Below are positions 31,829 to 41,110 of a stretch of 64,000 nucleotides of DNA, piece by piece (the first letter of the stretch is position 1; every line of letters starts with the position of its first letter). The position numbers and the translations under genes were made by a program. The notes under the pieces were generated by a model. That model saw only the letters and a program-made list of their open reading frames with translations, did not search any database and was not told the DNA's origin. This stretch comes from an uncultured candidate division Zixibacteria bacterium (GTDB taxonomy: Bacteria > Zixibacteria > MSB-5A5 > GN15 > FEB-12), in NCBI GenBank assembly GCA_963735035.1, contig CAVTJJ010000006.1, forward strand, positions 512,001-576,000, given 5' to 3'.

Positions 31829-33349
31829 ATGTCCATGCTTAAGAGCCGTCTGCTGGTTATCATTTTCGTCATTGGCGCGCTGACCATAATGCTTAGCTGC
31901 AGCCAGACGGATAATGTTGTTTCCCCTAAGTCGTTGACCAAGGTGTGGTTAGACGTTCAGCGCCTCCCCACTCCGCCGGCTGGAATGATGTACGGACTGT
32001 GGGTTTCCAAGGTCCCCTATACCTCGATCAGCGAACCGTCAGATGCCAAGGAATTGGGTCGATTCTCGCACATGTATTCTGACACCCTGATAGCTTTCCT
32101 GGACGAAAACGGCGATGTCAGGACCGACAGCAATGAATTCCGACTCGATGGTGATCTGTTCGGGTACAGCTATCTCTTTGTGACCACTGAAGTTGAGGCT
32201 TCGGTTGACACTCTTCCGGGCCCAATGATGCTTGGTCAAACCATCACCGGTTCTACTGACACCATTCGGATGTATTTCCCGCAGCAGGATTCACTCTGGG
32301 AATCCATTGTCAGGTGTAATTTCATGAACCCGACGTCCGACATTCCTGGCGACTTCGATAATAATCCGAGCTCCTACGGCTACGGGCTTTGGTTCTCCAA
32401 CCACGAATTTACGTTACTCCCGATTCACGATACTTTCAATGTGGTGGTCTCAAATACTTGGGACACGATCAAGCCGAAACTCGATTCGATAACTGGTGAT
32501 ACCATGAATCTGACCGATCTTCGTAAGGAGTATCCCGATTCAGTTTGGTATACCTATGACACCATCCGAGTTGATTTCGGTCGCGACAGACTGGCCCTGG
32601 GTATCGATCGGTATACCCACTACGGTGCGAAACAGCATATTATTCGCAGAGGTGGGACAGCCGTACCCAGGCTGAAGAAGAATTTCCATTTTGCCGTAGA
32701 TTCAACCGTTGATACCGTCGGACTTGACGATTTCAGCCAGGATCTCTACGATCTTCCGGATCTCGGTCGCTACGGATGGAAATACAAGGGTTGGATCGTA
32801 TCCGAGAATATTCCCAAGGGAGCCGTAGGCGAGTTCACCCCGCCCGTATGGGATTACAAGAACAGTGAGCTACTTATTCCCGGATATCAGGGCGGTCTGA
32901 TGACCACGGGCAAGTTTACCAATGTGACTGACAGCGATGAATCCAATCCGTTCACTTTATCGGTGAACTGGGATGTAGACAGCGTGTTTATTGACACAGT
33001 GAGCACTGATCCGATTGTTACGGATACCACGATCCAGACATTTCACAATTTGAAGCGGCCGCGCTTCCCCGGCGAAGATTTCCTAAATGCGACGGCTCTT
33101 TCGGATTCGACTCACGGGGCGATAGCATCACCACTGTATACGCTTAGTCAGCCGGGCAGTGTCTTTATCTCGCTGGAACCAAACAACATGGTGACTGACA
33201 CGACCAATTTCCCCCTGATTCTTTTCAGCCGAACCGTGCCGCCCGTGGATGTGGACAGCGTGAATCTTTGGACGCTCTCGAATTGGGCAGGCGTTGCTCC
33301 CGGTTCCAGAGGTCTCCCCAAGATTGAGGCCAGAATCAAGCGCTTCTAA
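31829..33349 (+). CDS. Hypothetical lipoprotein
   Basis: AGGAGG SD, lipobox MLSC, 506 aa; upstream TTGACA-N18-TATATT. Confidence 0.8.
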   Translation: MSMLKSRLLVIIFVIGALTIMLSCSQTDNVVSPKSLTKVWLDVQRLPTPPAGMMYGLWVSKVPYTSISEPSDAKELGRFSHMYSDTLIAFLDENGDVRTDSNEFRLDGDLFGYSYLFVTTEVEASVDTLPGPMMLGQTITGSTDTIRMYFPQQDSLWESIVRCNFMNPTSDIPGDFDNNPSSYGYGLWFSNHEFTLLPIHDTFNVVVSNTWDTIKPKLDSITGDTMNLTDLRKEYPDSVWYTYDTIRVDFGRDRLALGIDRYTHYGAKQHIIRRGGTAVPRLKKNFHFAVDSTVDTVGLDDFSQDLYDLPDLGRYGWKYKGWIVSENIPKGAVGEFTPPVWDYKNSELLIPGYQGGLMTTGKFTNVTDSDESNPFTLSVNWDVDSVFIDTVSTDPIVTDTTIQTFHNLKRPRFPGEDFLNATALSDSTHGAIASPLYTLSQPGSVFISLEPNNMVTDTTNFPLILFSRTVPPVDVDSVNLWTLSNWAGVAPGSRGLPKIEARIKRF

Positions 33350-33372
33350 AGCAGAGTATTCTTCGATGGATG

Positions 33373-33403
33373 GGCCAGCCGAGTGTACCTCGGCTGGCCT
33401 TTT
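33373..33403 (+). terminator. Rho-independent terminator
   Basis: GGCCAGCCGAG-TGTAC-CTCGGCTGGCC followed by TTTT. Confidence 0.8.
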
Positions 33404-33628
33404 GTTGCACCGTATGTTCCTGACTATCTTGTAGATGCGACTGGAGCCGCGTCTCGTGTCGAAATGCAAGGTGTTGCCTACTAACTGCCTGAGTGGGGTA
33501 GAAGGGATGATTTGACCGGATAGGTGGGATCGTCGCTTGTCAGCCGTCGTGGCAACTTTCTGTTGCCCCGTAAGCCATTAGGTGGTATACTTGAAGTGAT
33601 TTATGAGAAGTCTCAATGTTCCGGTTGC

Positions 33629-33644
33629 GGGCACTAAGTTTGCG
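33629..33644 (+). promoter_or_regulatory. Candidate sigma54 promoter
   Basis: GGGCACTAAGTTTGCG with exact GG-N10-GC spacing and GGCAC/TTGC cores. Confidence 0.45.
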
Positions 33645-33823
33645 ATGAACCTGATTGCTACTTGAGTTGTTGAACAAATTAGGGAGTGGTGTGTGCTGGA
33701 ACTCCAGCCACCTGACGTAAGAGTCGGGCATCCCCCCTCCACCACTCCCTATCTTTTTCGCCCGTTTCAGGTCGATTCTCCCGCTGGGTCATTTTTGGCC
33801 GAAATCTTCCGATACATTCGAAG

Positions 33824-35788
33824 ATGAAAGTACACTTCAAGTCGCTCCTTTTTGGCGCAAAGCCGGGATTGATCGTTCGATTAGGCAATCTGATCGTAAT
33901 TCAGGTAATCTTCATTTTTGCGGCCCTGGCGCTAATTCTCTTTGTTCCGGGCTCCGATCGTGATATGCCCGAACGCCTGTATGATCAGGAACGACGGCTC
34001 AAGAGCGAGGGGGAAGCATTATCACGGTCGCTCTGTTTGGACAAGCCATGGGATATGACAACGAAATCAGAGGATCCTTATCGAGGGTTGAATCAGAGCC
34101 TGGACAGTCTGTCAGCGCCCGGGGTTGCGGTGCTAATTCGAATTAACGACGAGGCGCCGGCTGAAATACTCTACGCGTATGATCGGGAAGCTGCCGTCGA
34201 TGAAGAGAGTGGTTCCGAAATCGATGTGTCCAATTTCCTTGACCTGGCGGTTTTGCGCCGATTTGCCGATTCCGGTCTGGCGGCGCCATCATGTCCAGTA
34301 CTAAACGACCGAGCGTTGGTATATTATCGAAAGGTTGCCGAAGTGTCACCGCACGAAGCGATCGTGCTGGTGGTCGCGGCCGACCATGGTCTGTCGGTAT
34401 CGTCACGCGCCGGTCTCAGGTCGGCGGTATTCTTGCTGTTTCTGTGTGCGGCACTCATCTCGCTTCTTACCGTCAGCCTCCTGCTGAGAAAATTCAAGCG
34501 ACCGTTGGATCAAATCATTGCCGGATTGGGGGAGACGGCCGACGGCAAGCTGCATCACCTAACGGAACTGGAAAGCGATCCTGAACTGGGGCGTTTGGCC
34601 AAAGCTTACAATGAGATGACCCGACGATTGTGGGACAGTCGCACAAAACTGGACTGTTCCTACTCGCAGCTCGAACAGGCCAATGCCGAACTACAGGAAT
34701 CGCGGTCGTTCCTGGCGACGCTGATTGACTCTTCGCCTCTGAGCGTGATTGTGGTCGATCCCGAGAAGAGGGTGGCGCTGTTTAGTCGTTCCGCCGTGAA
34801 CGAATTCGGCTATACGCGGGGCGAGATCGTCGGGCAACCGTTCGAGAGCCTTCTGGCGGGAAAGAGCGAAGGAGATGAACTTCCATCGGGGAAAAGCGGC
34901 CCGGTCGGGTTCGAAGTCGTGTGCCGTCGCAAGAACGGGGTTTCCTTCCCAGCGTATGTCGTCTCGGATGCGGTCACGACCGAGGACGGGGAAGTACTGG
35001 GGCGATTGTACATCTGTCGGGATATCACCGAAACCCGCAGCCTGCAGGATATGATGATCCGGGTCGACCGCTATTATACCAAGGGTGAGATGGTGGGCGA
35101 CATAGCTCATGAAATAAACAACTACCTGGCCGTCCTGATGGGCAACGTGGAATTGATGCCGCTCTTGCTTAAGAAGGGTGATACCGCCAAGGTCGAAAAG
35201 AAGCTCGATGTCATGAAGACCTCGCTCGAAAGAATCGCCCGCTTTGCCGACGGTTTGCTCGACTCGCCGCCGGATGCCATTCGCATAGAACCTACCTCCA
35301 TCAATCACGTTGTGGAGACTGTCGTAGGGTTCCTCAAACCTCAGAACAAGTTCGACACCGTTGAAGTAGCCGTCGAGCTCTCGGACAACGTGTCAATCGC
35401 CCATGTTGATTCCGGTCAGGTACAGCAAATGCTTATCAACCTTATTAACAATGCCGCCGAGGCTCTGGTTGACAAACCGGAAGACCGCAAGATATGGGTG
35501 ACAACCGAGCCCGTGGTCGTTCATGAGAAGAGCGGTGTGCGAATTACGGTTCGTGACAACGGTCCGGGTGTCGCTCGTGACAAAGAAGCCTTGCTCTTCA
35601 ATACCCGCTTTACTACCAAGCGACGGGGCCACGGCATTGGACTGATGACCTGTCGTAAGATCGTCGATAATCACGGCGGCTCCATTTCATACACTTTCAG
35701 CGAAGGCGCCGTCTTCTCGGCGCAATTGCCGACCGAGTGTAGTGAAAGTCGATCCGAGGTGAACACGGCGGCTTCCTTGACCGTCTAA
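33824..35788 (+). CDS. Sensor histidine kinase (TM-HAMP-PAS-HisKA-HATPase)
   Basis: Two TM segments, HAMP ELGRLAKAYNEM, PAS ending RDITE, H box AHEINN, N box NAAEA, DNGPG and GHGIGL. Confidence 0.93.
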   Translation: MKVHFKSLLFGAKPGLIVRLGNLIVIQVIFIFAALALILFVPGSDRDMPERLYDQERRLKSEGEALSRSLCLDKPWDMTTKSEDPYRGLNQSLDSLSAPGVAVLIRINDEAPAEILYAYDREAAVDEESGSEIDVSNFLDLAVLRRFADSGLAAPSCPVLNDRALVYYRKVAEVSPHEAIVLVVAADHGLSVSSRAGLRSAVFLLFLCAALISLLTVSLLLRKFKRPLDQIIAGLGETADGKLHHLTELESDPELGRLAKAYNEMTRRLWDSRTKLDCSYSQLEQANAELQESRSFLATLIDSSPLSVIVVDPEKRVALFSRSAVNEFGYTRGEIVGQPFESLLAGKSEGDELPSGKSGPVGFEVVCRRKNGVSFPAYVVSDAVTTEDGEVLGRLYICRDITETRSLQDMMIRVDRYYTKGEMVGDIAHEINNYLAVLMGNVELMPLLLKKGDTAKVEKKLDVMKTSLERIARFADGLLDSPPDAIRIEPTSINHVVETVVGFLKPQNKFDTVEVAVELSDNVSIAHVDSGQVQQMLINLINNAAEALVDKPEDRKIWVTTEPVVVHEKSGVRITVRDNGPGVARDKEALLFNTRFTTKRRGHGIGLMTCRKIVDNHGGSISYTFSEGAVFSAQLPTECSESRSEVNTAASLTV

Positions 35789-35854
35789 CACAGTCGCGGT
35801 GTTCCCCCGGTTTTACTTGCCCCGGCTTACAACGCTCGATACCTTGTTCCCCGT

Positions 35855-37546
35855 ATGAAACGGACTCCACGTTCATCCGGCGGGTATGACCAGCGATATC
35901 TTACCGTTCTAACGTTAGTACTCGCTGTTGGGGTATTTCTTCTCACCTGGTTCACTATTCGCAAGAGCCGTGCCGACAGCTTCGGTTTGCTGGTCGAGCA
36001 GGGACGGGCCCTGACCGAATCGCTGGCGGAGGCGTCGCAAAACGCCATCACCTCGGAAAGCTTCTACGATCATCTGGTGCAGCTGCGTTATTCCGATCTC
36101 GTCAGCACCCTGATGGATATGGACATCAACAAGCTTACCCGTCAGGACTGGTCGTCATTTGCTCTGACCCACGATTTACGCGGTGTTTACCTTTATACGG
36201 ATGACAGCGGCCTGGTGGCCGGTTCGACGGTGCGCGGGGGACGCATCAAACCGCCGGAACATGTCGAGAGCGAAGTGGACTCCCTGTTTGCGGATCCCGA
36301 GATAAGATTCGTGCTGTTGCTCGATGAGGGGGATACCCCCGACCAGATGGTGCATTACTATTTGGAACTGACGAGTCAACTCGATCGGGTAATAGTCCTC
36401 TCCAGCGACGCGTTGTCCTATTCTCAAGCCCTCCGCGAAACCGGAATTGGTCGTTTGGCGCGACGAATGGCGCGCGAACCGGGAATAGAATACATCGTAT
36501 TTCAAACCGACTCGAGCGTTGTGTTCGCGTCGAGTGGGGTCGAGAATCTCTCTGATTTCGCTTCGGACAGTTTCCTGAGCGGAGCGCTGGGAGCCGATAG
36601 TATCGTTCAGCGCATATATGAGTATCGCGGCAAGAAGGTCCTGGAGCTTGTCAGGCCATTTTCGTCCACACAGTATCAGCCCGGTCTATTCCGGGTCGGC
36701 TTGTCTTTGGAGCGGTTCTATGCGGTAAGCCGGGGGTTCGATCAACAATTGATTATCCTCTCCGGAGTCCTGGTAATTCTGTTACTGGTGGCGGCAGCCT
36801 ATTTCCGCGGTCGACGCAAGCGGTACGAGATGATTGCCGAATATGAACGCCAGGCCCAGCGGCGCGAACGTCTTTCGGAAATGGGTAATCTGGCTGCGGG
36901 TGTGGCGCATGAGATACGCAATCCGCTAAATACGATTTCCATCGCCGCGCAACGTCTGGCCAGGGAGTTCGAGCCGAATGCCAACCGCGAGCAATATGAC
37001 GCGTTCACCAGTCAGATTCGGGCGGAAACGGCACGTCTGAACGATATCATTACTCGTTTCCTGGCGCTCGCCCGCGATGATCGACGGCAAAGATCCATGG
37101 TGTCGCTCGATCAGTTGTTGCGCGAAGTTGGAGAATTGCTCAGGATCGAAGCGGATCGACTCGGTATCGTCGTATCAGTCAGGGTCGATCCCGGTATCAA
37201 ACTTGAAGTCGATCCCGACCGCGTGAAGGAGTTGTTTCTCAATCTCTTCAGCAATAGCCGTGAGGCGCTGGCCGGGCGTTCGGGGAAATTTGCCATCGAG
37301 GTGGAGCGTTTTTCCGGCCAAGTCAGGATATGCGTTACCGATGACGGTCCGGGGATTCCTGCTGAAATACGCGATAAGGTTTTCGCGCCATATTATACGT
37401 CGAAAGAAGGCGGCACGGGGCTGGGTCTCCCAACGGCACAGAGAATAGTCTCTGATTTCGGAGGTGAAATCAGTCTTGATTCCGATTACGACAAAGGGGC
37501 GCGGTTTGTCATGGTATTTCCGGAGAAAACTCCGAACGGCAAGTAG
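35855..37546 (+). CDS. Sensor histidine kinase (NtrB/ZraS-like H box)
   Basis: LAAGVAHEIRNPL, DDGPGI and GGTGLGL motifs; large periplasmic region between two TM segments. Confidence 0.93.
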   Translation: MKRTPRSSGGYDQRYLTVLTLVLAVGVFLLTWFTIRKSRADSFGLLVEQGRALTESLAEASQNAITSESFYDHLVQLRYSDLVSTLMDMDINKLTRQDWSSFALTHDLRGVYLYTDDSGLVAGSTVRGGRIKPPEHVESEVDSLFADPEIRFVLLLDEGDTPDQMVHYYLELTSQLDRVIVLSSDALSYSQALRETGIGRLARRMAREPGIEYIVFQTDSSVVFASSGVENLSDFASDSFLSGALGADSIVQRIYEYRGKKVLELVRPFSSTQYQPGLFRVGLSLERFYAVSRGFDQQLIILSGVLVILLLVAAAYFRGRRKRYEMIAEYERQAQRRERLSEMGNLAAGVAHEIRNPLNTISIAAQRLAREFEPNANREQYDAFTSQIRAETARLNDIITRFLALARDDRRQRSMVSLDQLLREVGELLRIEADRLGIVVSVRVDPGIKLEVDPDRVKELFLNLFSNSREALAGRSGKFAIEVERFSGQVRICVTDDGPGIPAEIRDKVFAPYYTSKEGGTGLGLPTAQRIVSDFGGEISLDSDYDKGARFVMVFPEKTPNGK

Positions 37547-37645
37547 GCGTTTGAAGTTGTCGTCACAGCGTGACCTCTCTATATTCTATCGAAGAATCTG
37601 AAGGGATAGGAAGGGACTTCGACGAATCCTTCCTGCGCCTGAGCC

Positions 37646-38566
37646 ATGAAATGGCCTGACGGAAGATCATTCGCATTTACCATATTTGATGACACCGATG
37701 GTGCCACGGTCGCCAATGTGGGTGAGGTCTATCGTTTACTCACGGATCTGGGAGTACGGGCCACCAAGTCCGTCTGGACAAGTCGTGAGAAGGCTCCGGT
37801 GAAAACTGCCGGAAGTACCTGTGAGGACCTTGATTATCTGGCCTGGGTGCTTGGACTCGCTCGTAAGGGATTCGAAATCGGTTACCACCTGAACGCCGCT
37901 GATACATCGACTCGCCCAGAAACGCAGCAGGGGCTGGATCGATTCAATAAACTGTTTGGACATGACCCTTATACCATGGCCAATCATTCGGCATGTGAGG
38001 AGAACATATATTGGGGGGCGGATCGTCTGACAGGTATGCGTAAGACGATCTATAACCTGGCCTCCGGCTACCGGAACAGCGCCCGGTACCGAGGTCAGAT
38101 AGAGGGCGACCCTCTTTTCTGGGGCGACCTGTGTCGCGAGCGTATCAAGTACTGCCGGGGATTTGTATGTTCGGAGATCAACACGCTTGAGATGTGTCCG
38201 TTCATGCCGTATCATGATCCGGAACGACCGTACGTGAACAATTGGTACCTGGCGTCCGAGGGACCAAACATTGAGTCATTTCTCAAGCTCGTGAATGAGA
38301 AGAACGTCGATCGGTTGGAATCTGAAGGCGGTTTGTGCATCTTGTACACTCACTTTGCTTCTGGATTTCAGGATGCGGGCGTCTTGGACATTAGGTTCAA
38401 AACACTGATGGAGAGCTTATCCAAGCGGAACGGTTGGTTCGTGCCGGTATCAACTATGCTCGATTATCTATTGGAGCGAAACGGGCCCCACGAAATCACG
38501 TTGTCAGAGAGACGACGCCTCGAATGGTGCTGGCTATTCCATAAACTTCGCACTGGGACTACTTGA
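37646..38566 (+). CDS. Polysaccharide deacetylase-like protein
   Basis: FAFTIFDDTD, GFEIGYH and LYTHF motifs of a NodB-like barrel. Confidence 0.6.
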   Translation: MKWPDGRSFAFTIFDDTDGATVANVGEVYRLLTDLGVRATKSVWTSREKAPVKTAGSTCEDLDYLAWVLGLARKGFEIGYHLNAADTSTRPETQQGLDRFNKLFGHDPYTMANHSACEENIYWGADRLTGMRKTIYNLASGYRNSARYRGQIEGDPLFWGDLCRERIKYCRGFVCSEINTLEMCPFMPYHDPERPYVNNWYLASEGPNIESFLKLVNEKNVDRLESEGGLCILYTHFASGFQDAGVLDIRFKTLMESLSKRNGWFVPVSTMLDYLLERNGPHEITLSERRRLEWCWLFHKLRTGTT

Positions 38567-39609
38567 ACAGCATAGGTTTTCATAGGGGAGAGCCAATCTA
38601 CAGCTTCGGACTGGAGTCAAATCCAGTATGGAGGCGTTTGGACAGCTTGTCAGATCGAACCGTTGGTCAGACCAAAGAATGGTGTGAATTCATTGCCGAT
38701 ACACAATGCGGCGAACTGGTAGTCCTTGAGGTGCTTCGTGATCAAGCCACGGTCGGTTGGTTTACAGGATTGATCGTAAAGAAGTTCGGCCTGCGGATGC
38801 TGGGTTCGCCGTTCCCCGGCTGGACGACTTCCTATATGGGCTTCAATCTTCAGGCTGGCGTTGAGCGGGGAGACATCTTTCCATCGCTCTTTGAATATGC
38901 CTTCCGCGAACTGAAATGCGCTCATGTCGAATTGATGGATCGACATCTTGATCTTTCGGTGGTAAAGAAACTGGGAATCAAGCACCGCATCTTCAGGGGC
39001 TATGAGATTGACCTTACGCAGGATGAAGATACTTTGTTCGACGCGATGGACTCGTCCTGCCGAAGATGCATCCGTAAAGCGGAAAAATCGGGTGTGACGG
39101 TAGAAGTCGCCACAGACGACTCCTTCGCAGATGAATACTATGACCAACTGAATGAAGTTTTCGCCCGTCAGCGATTGGTGCCGACCTACCCGGTCGAGCG
39201 AGTTCGGGCGCTGGTGCGACATGTTCTTCCGTCGGGTCACTTGTTGTTGCTCAGAGCGAAAGACAGCGACGGGAGATGTATCGCCAGTGGCATTTTTCCT
39301 GCGTTCAACGACACAATGTATTTCTGGGGCGGAGCCAGTCGAACCGAGTATCGACACTTGCGCCCCAATGAAGCGATTCAATGGTATGCCATGCGGCATT
39401 GGAAGAGCCTGGGCATTACGAAATACGACATGGGTGGCGGGGGAGAATACAAAGAGAAGTACGGTGGGCGGGAGATTGCGGTGCCGTGGGTGCGGCAGTC
39501 GCGGAATGGGCTGCTGGCGGCGCTTCGAGAAGCAGCGCGCTGGTCGTTTGATCTGAGGCAGCGTATTCGCGGAATGGGCAAGTCGGCGAGTAAATCCGAA
39601 GAAGACTGA
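38563..39609 (+). CDS. GNAT/FemAB-like acyltransferase
   Basis: IDLTQDEDTLF..SCRRCIRKAEKSGV, YFWGGAS and YDMGGGGEYKEKYG motifs. Confidence 0.8.
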   Translation: MNSIGFHRGEPIYSFGLESNPVWRRLDSLSDRTVGQTKEWCEFIADTQCGELVVLEVLRDQATVGWFTGLIVKKFGLRMLGSPFPGWTTSYMGFNLQAGVERGDIFPSLFEYAFRELKCAHVELMDRHLDLSVVKKLGIKHRIFRGYEIDLTQDEDTLFDAMDSSCRRCIRKAEKSGVTVEVATDDSFADEYYDQLNEVFARQRLVPTYPVERVRALVRHVLPSGHLLLLRAKDSDGRCIASGIFPAFNDTMYFWGGASRTEYRHLRPNEAIQWYAMRHWKSLGITKYDMGGGGEYKEKYGGREIAVPWVRQSRNGLLAALREAARWSFDLRQRIRGMGKSASKSEED

Positions 39610-39632
39610 ATCGCGGTCACACATTTACAAAA

Positions 39633-39662
39633 CAAAAGCGGCCCTGATAGCAGGGCCGCTTT
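39633..39662. terminator. Bidirectional terminator between convergent genes
   Basis: AAAAGCGGCCCTG-ATAG-CAGGGCCGCTTT. Confidence 0.8.
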
Positions 39663-39684
39663 CTTATGATAATTGTCAGCGTGA

Positions 39685-40977
39685 CTAGGCGGTCTTGGCT
39701 TTGGCAGCCTGAGCCTTGAGCCACTTGGTGCTGACCGATTTCGGACGGAAGATAGCCGTGCCGAGAGCGCGGTTCAGAACCTGCTGCGACAACATACCCA
39801 TCGCACGGGAGACCGAGAAGAGCACGGTGTAGTACTCGAACTGAGTCAGACCGTAATGGTACAGCAGCGCGCCGGAACCGGCGTCGACGTTTGGCCACGG
39901 ATCCTTCGCCTTGCCGGCCTTGACCAGTACCTTCGGTACCACGTTGAAGACGAGGTCGACCGTCTGGAAGACCGGGTCGTTCTTGAGGTACTTCTTGCCG
40001 AACTCGTTGAACGCGGTGAAGCGCGGATCGGTCACACGAAGCACGGCGTGGCCGTAGCCCGGAATCACCTTGCCGCTATTGAGCGTTTCCCAGGCGTATT
40101 CTTCGAGCTGCTTCTCGGTCGGAGCGCCGCCGAACTTCTCCATGGTCTCGAGAATCCAGCCGAGACATTCCTGATTCGCCAGACCGTGCAGCGGGCCGGC
40201 CAGACCGTTCAGACCGGCCGAGACGGCGTAGAACGGATCGGACAGAGCCGAACCGACCGTATGGCAGGTCATAGCGGAAACGTTACCACCCTCGTGGTCA
40301 CAGTGCAGGGTGAGGTAGAGGCGCATCATTTCAGCAGTCTCGCCCTTGTGAGGCTTCAGGCCGAGCATGTGAGCGTAGTTGGCGCCCCAGTCGAGTTTCT
40401 TCGACGGTTCAATCATATCGCCCTTGTAGTACTTCAGGCGGTAGACAGCGGCCGCGATCGTGTGAATCGTGCCGAGAATCCGCATGGCGTCGTCCAGAGT
40501 TGAAAGCCAGTATTCGTTCTTGTGAACGCCCTTGGTGTATTCGCGACGATAGGCCGACTCGTTTTCCATCGCCAGGATGGCGCAATCGAGCATAGCCATC
40601 GGGTGCGAGGTCTTCGGCATCGCCTTGAGAACCTTCCAAACGTAGGCCGGAACTTCACCGTTAGCAGTCAATTCTTTCTGGAATCCAGCCAGCTCGTCTT
40701 TGTTCGGGAATTCGCCGATCAAGAGCAGCCAGAAAATTTCTTCGGGCAGACGATCCTTGATCTTCATGATCGCCTGTTCGCGGATGATAAGGCCCTGATC
40801 CGGTTCCACCACGGAGGTGTCACACACCAGACCCTTGACACCGCGCATGCCGCCGATGGCCTGCGAAATAGTCACGTCCGAGATTTTCACCTCGCCTGAT
40901 TCTTTCATCAGGTCCGCGCGTTCCTTGCGCAGATTGGGGATCATGCTCCCCAATTTCTCTTTGATAGTCATAGCCAT
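39685..40977 (-). CDS. gltA: Citrate (Si)-synthase, eukaryotic-like type
   Basis: GGMRGVKGLVCDTS, DHEGGNVSA, GLAGPLHGLANQE, PGYGHAVLR and WPNVDA motifs. Confidence 0.93.
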   Translation of the reverse strand: MAMTIKEKLGSMIPNLRKERADLMKESGEVKISDVTISQAIGGMRGVKGLVCDTSVVEPDQGLIIREQAIMKIKDRLPEEIFWLLLIGEFPNKDELAGFQKELTANGEVPAYVWKVLKAMPKTSHPMAMLDCAILAMENESAYRREYTKGVHKNEYWLSTLDDAMRILGTIHTIAAAVYRLKYYKGDMIEPSKKLDWGANYAHMLGLKPHKGETAEMMRLYLTLHCDHEGGNVSAMTCHTVGSALSDPFYAVSAGLNGLAGPLHGLANQECLGWILETMEKFGGAPTEKQLEEYAWETLNSGKVIPGYGHAVLRVTDPRFTAFNEFGKKYLKNDPVFQTVDLVFNVVPKVLVKAGKAKDPWPNVDAGSGALLYHYGLTQFEYYTVLFSVSRAMGMLSQQVLNRALGTAIFRPKSVSTKWLKAQAAKAKTA

Positions 40978-41041
40978 GTGTATCTCCTTAGATTGGCTCG
41001 TAAAATAATATGTATTCGTTTTCTCATACCAGCGAATAATG

Positions 41042-41059
41042 ATGTGAAATGTTTCACAT
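41042..41059. promoter_or_regulatory. Palindromic operator (Rex- or CRP-like) upstream of citrate synthase
   Basis: ATGTGAA-ATGT-TTCACAT fits TTGTGAA-N4-TTCACAA and TGTGA-N6-TCACA. Confidence 0.55.
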
Positions 41060-41110
41060 AACGGAGGGAAGCTACATGACTCTCGTCAATAAGTCAAGCT
41101 TCAAGCAGAA

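Noticed and set aside
33549..33567. TGGCA...TTGC as a sigma54 promoter
   Set aside because: GG to GC spacing is 12, not the required 10.
38650..39624. 324-aa minus-strand ORF (and similar long antisense ORFs such as 57737-58633)
   Set aside because: They fully overlap well-supported genes, which is expected in GC-rich coding DNA.
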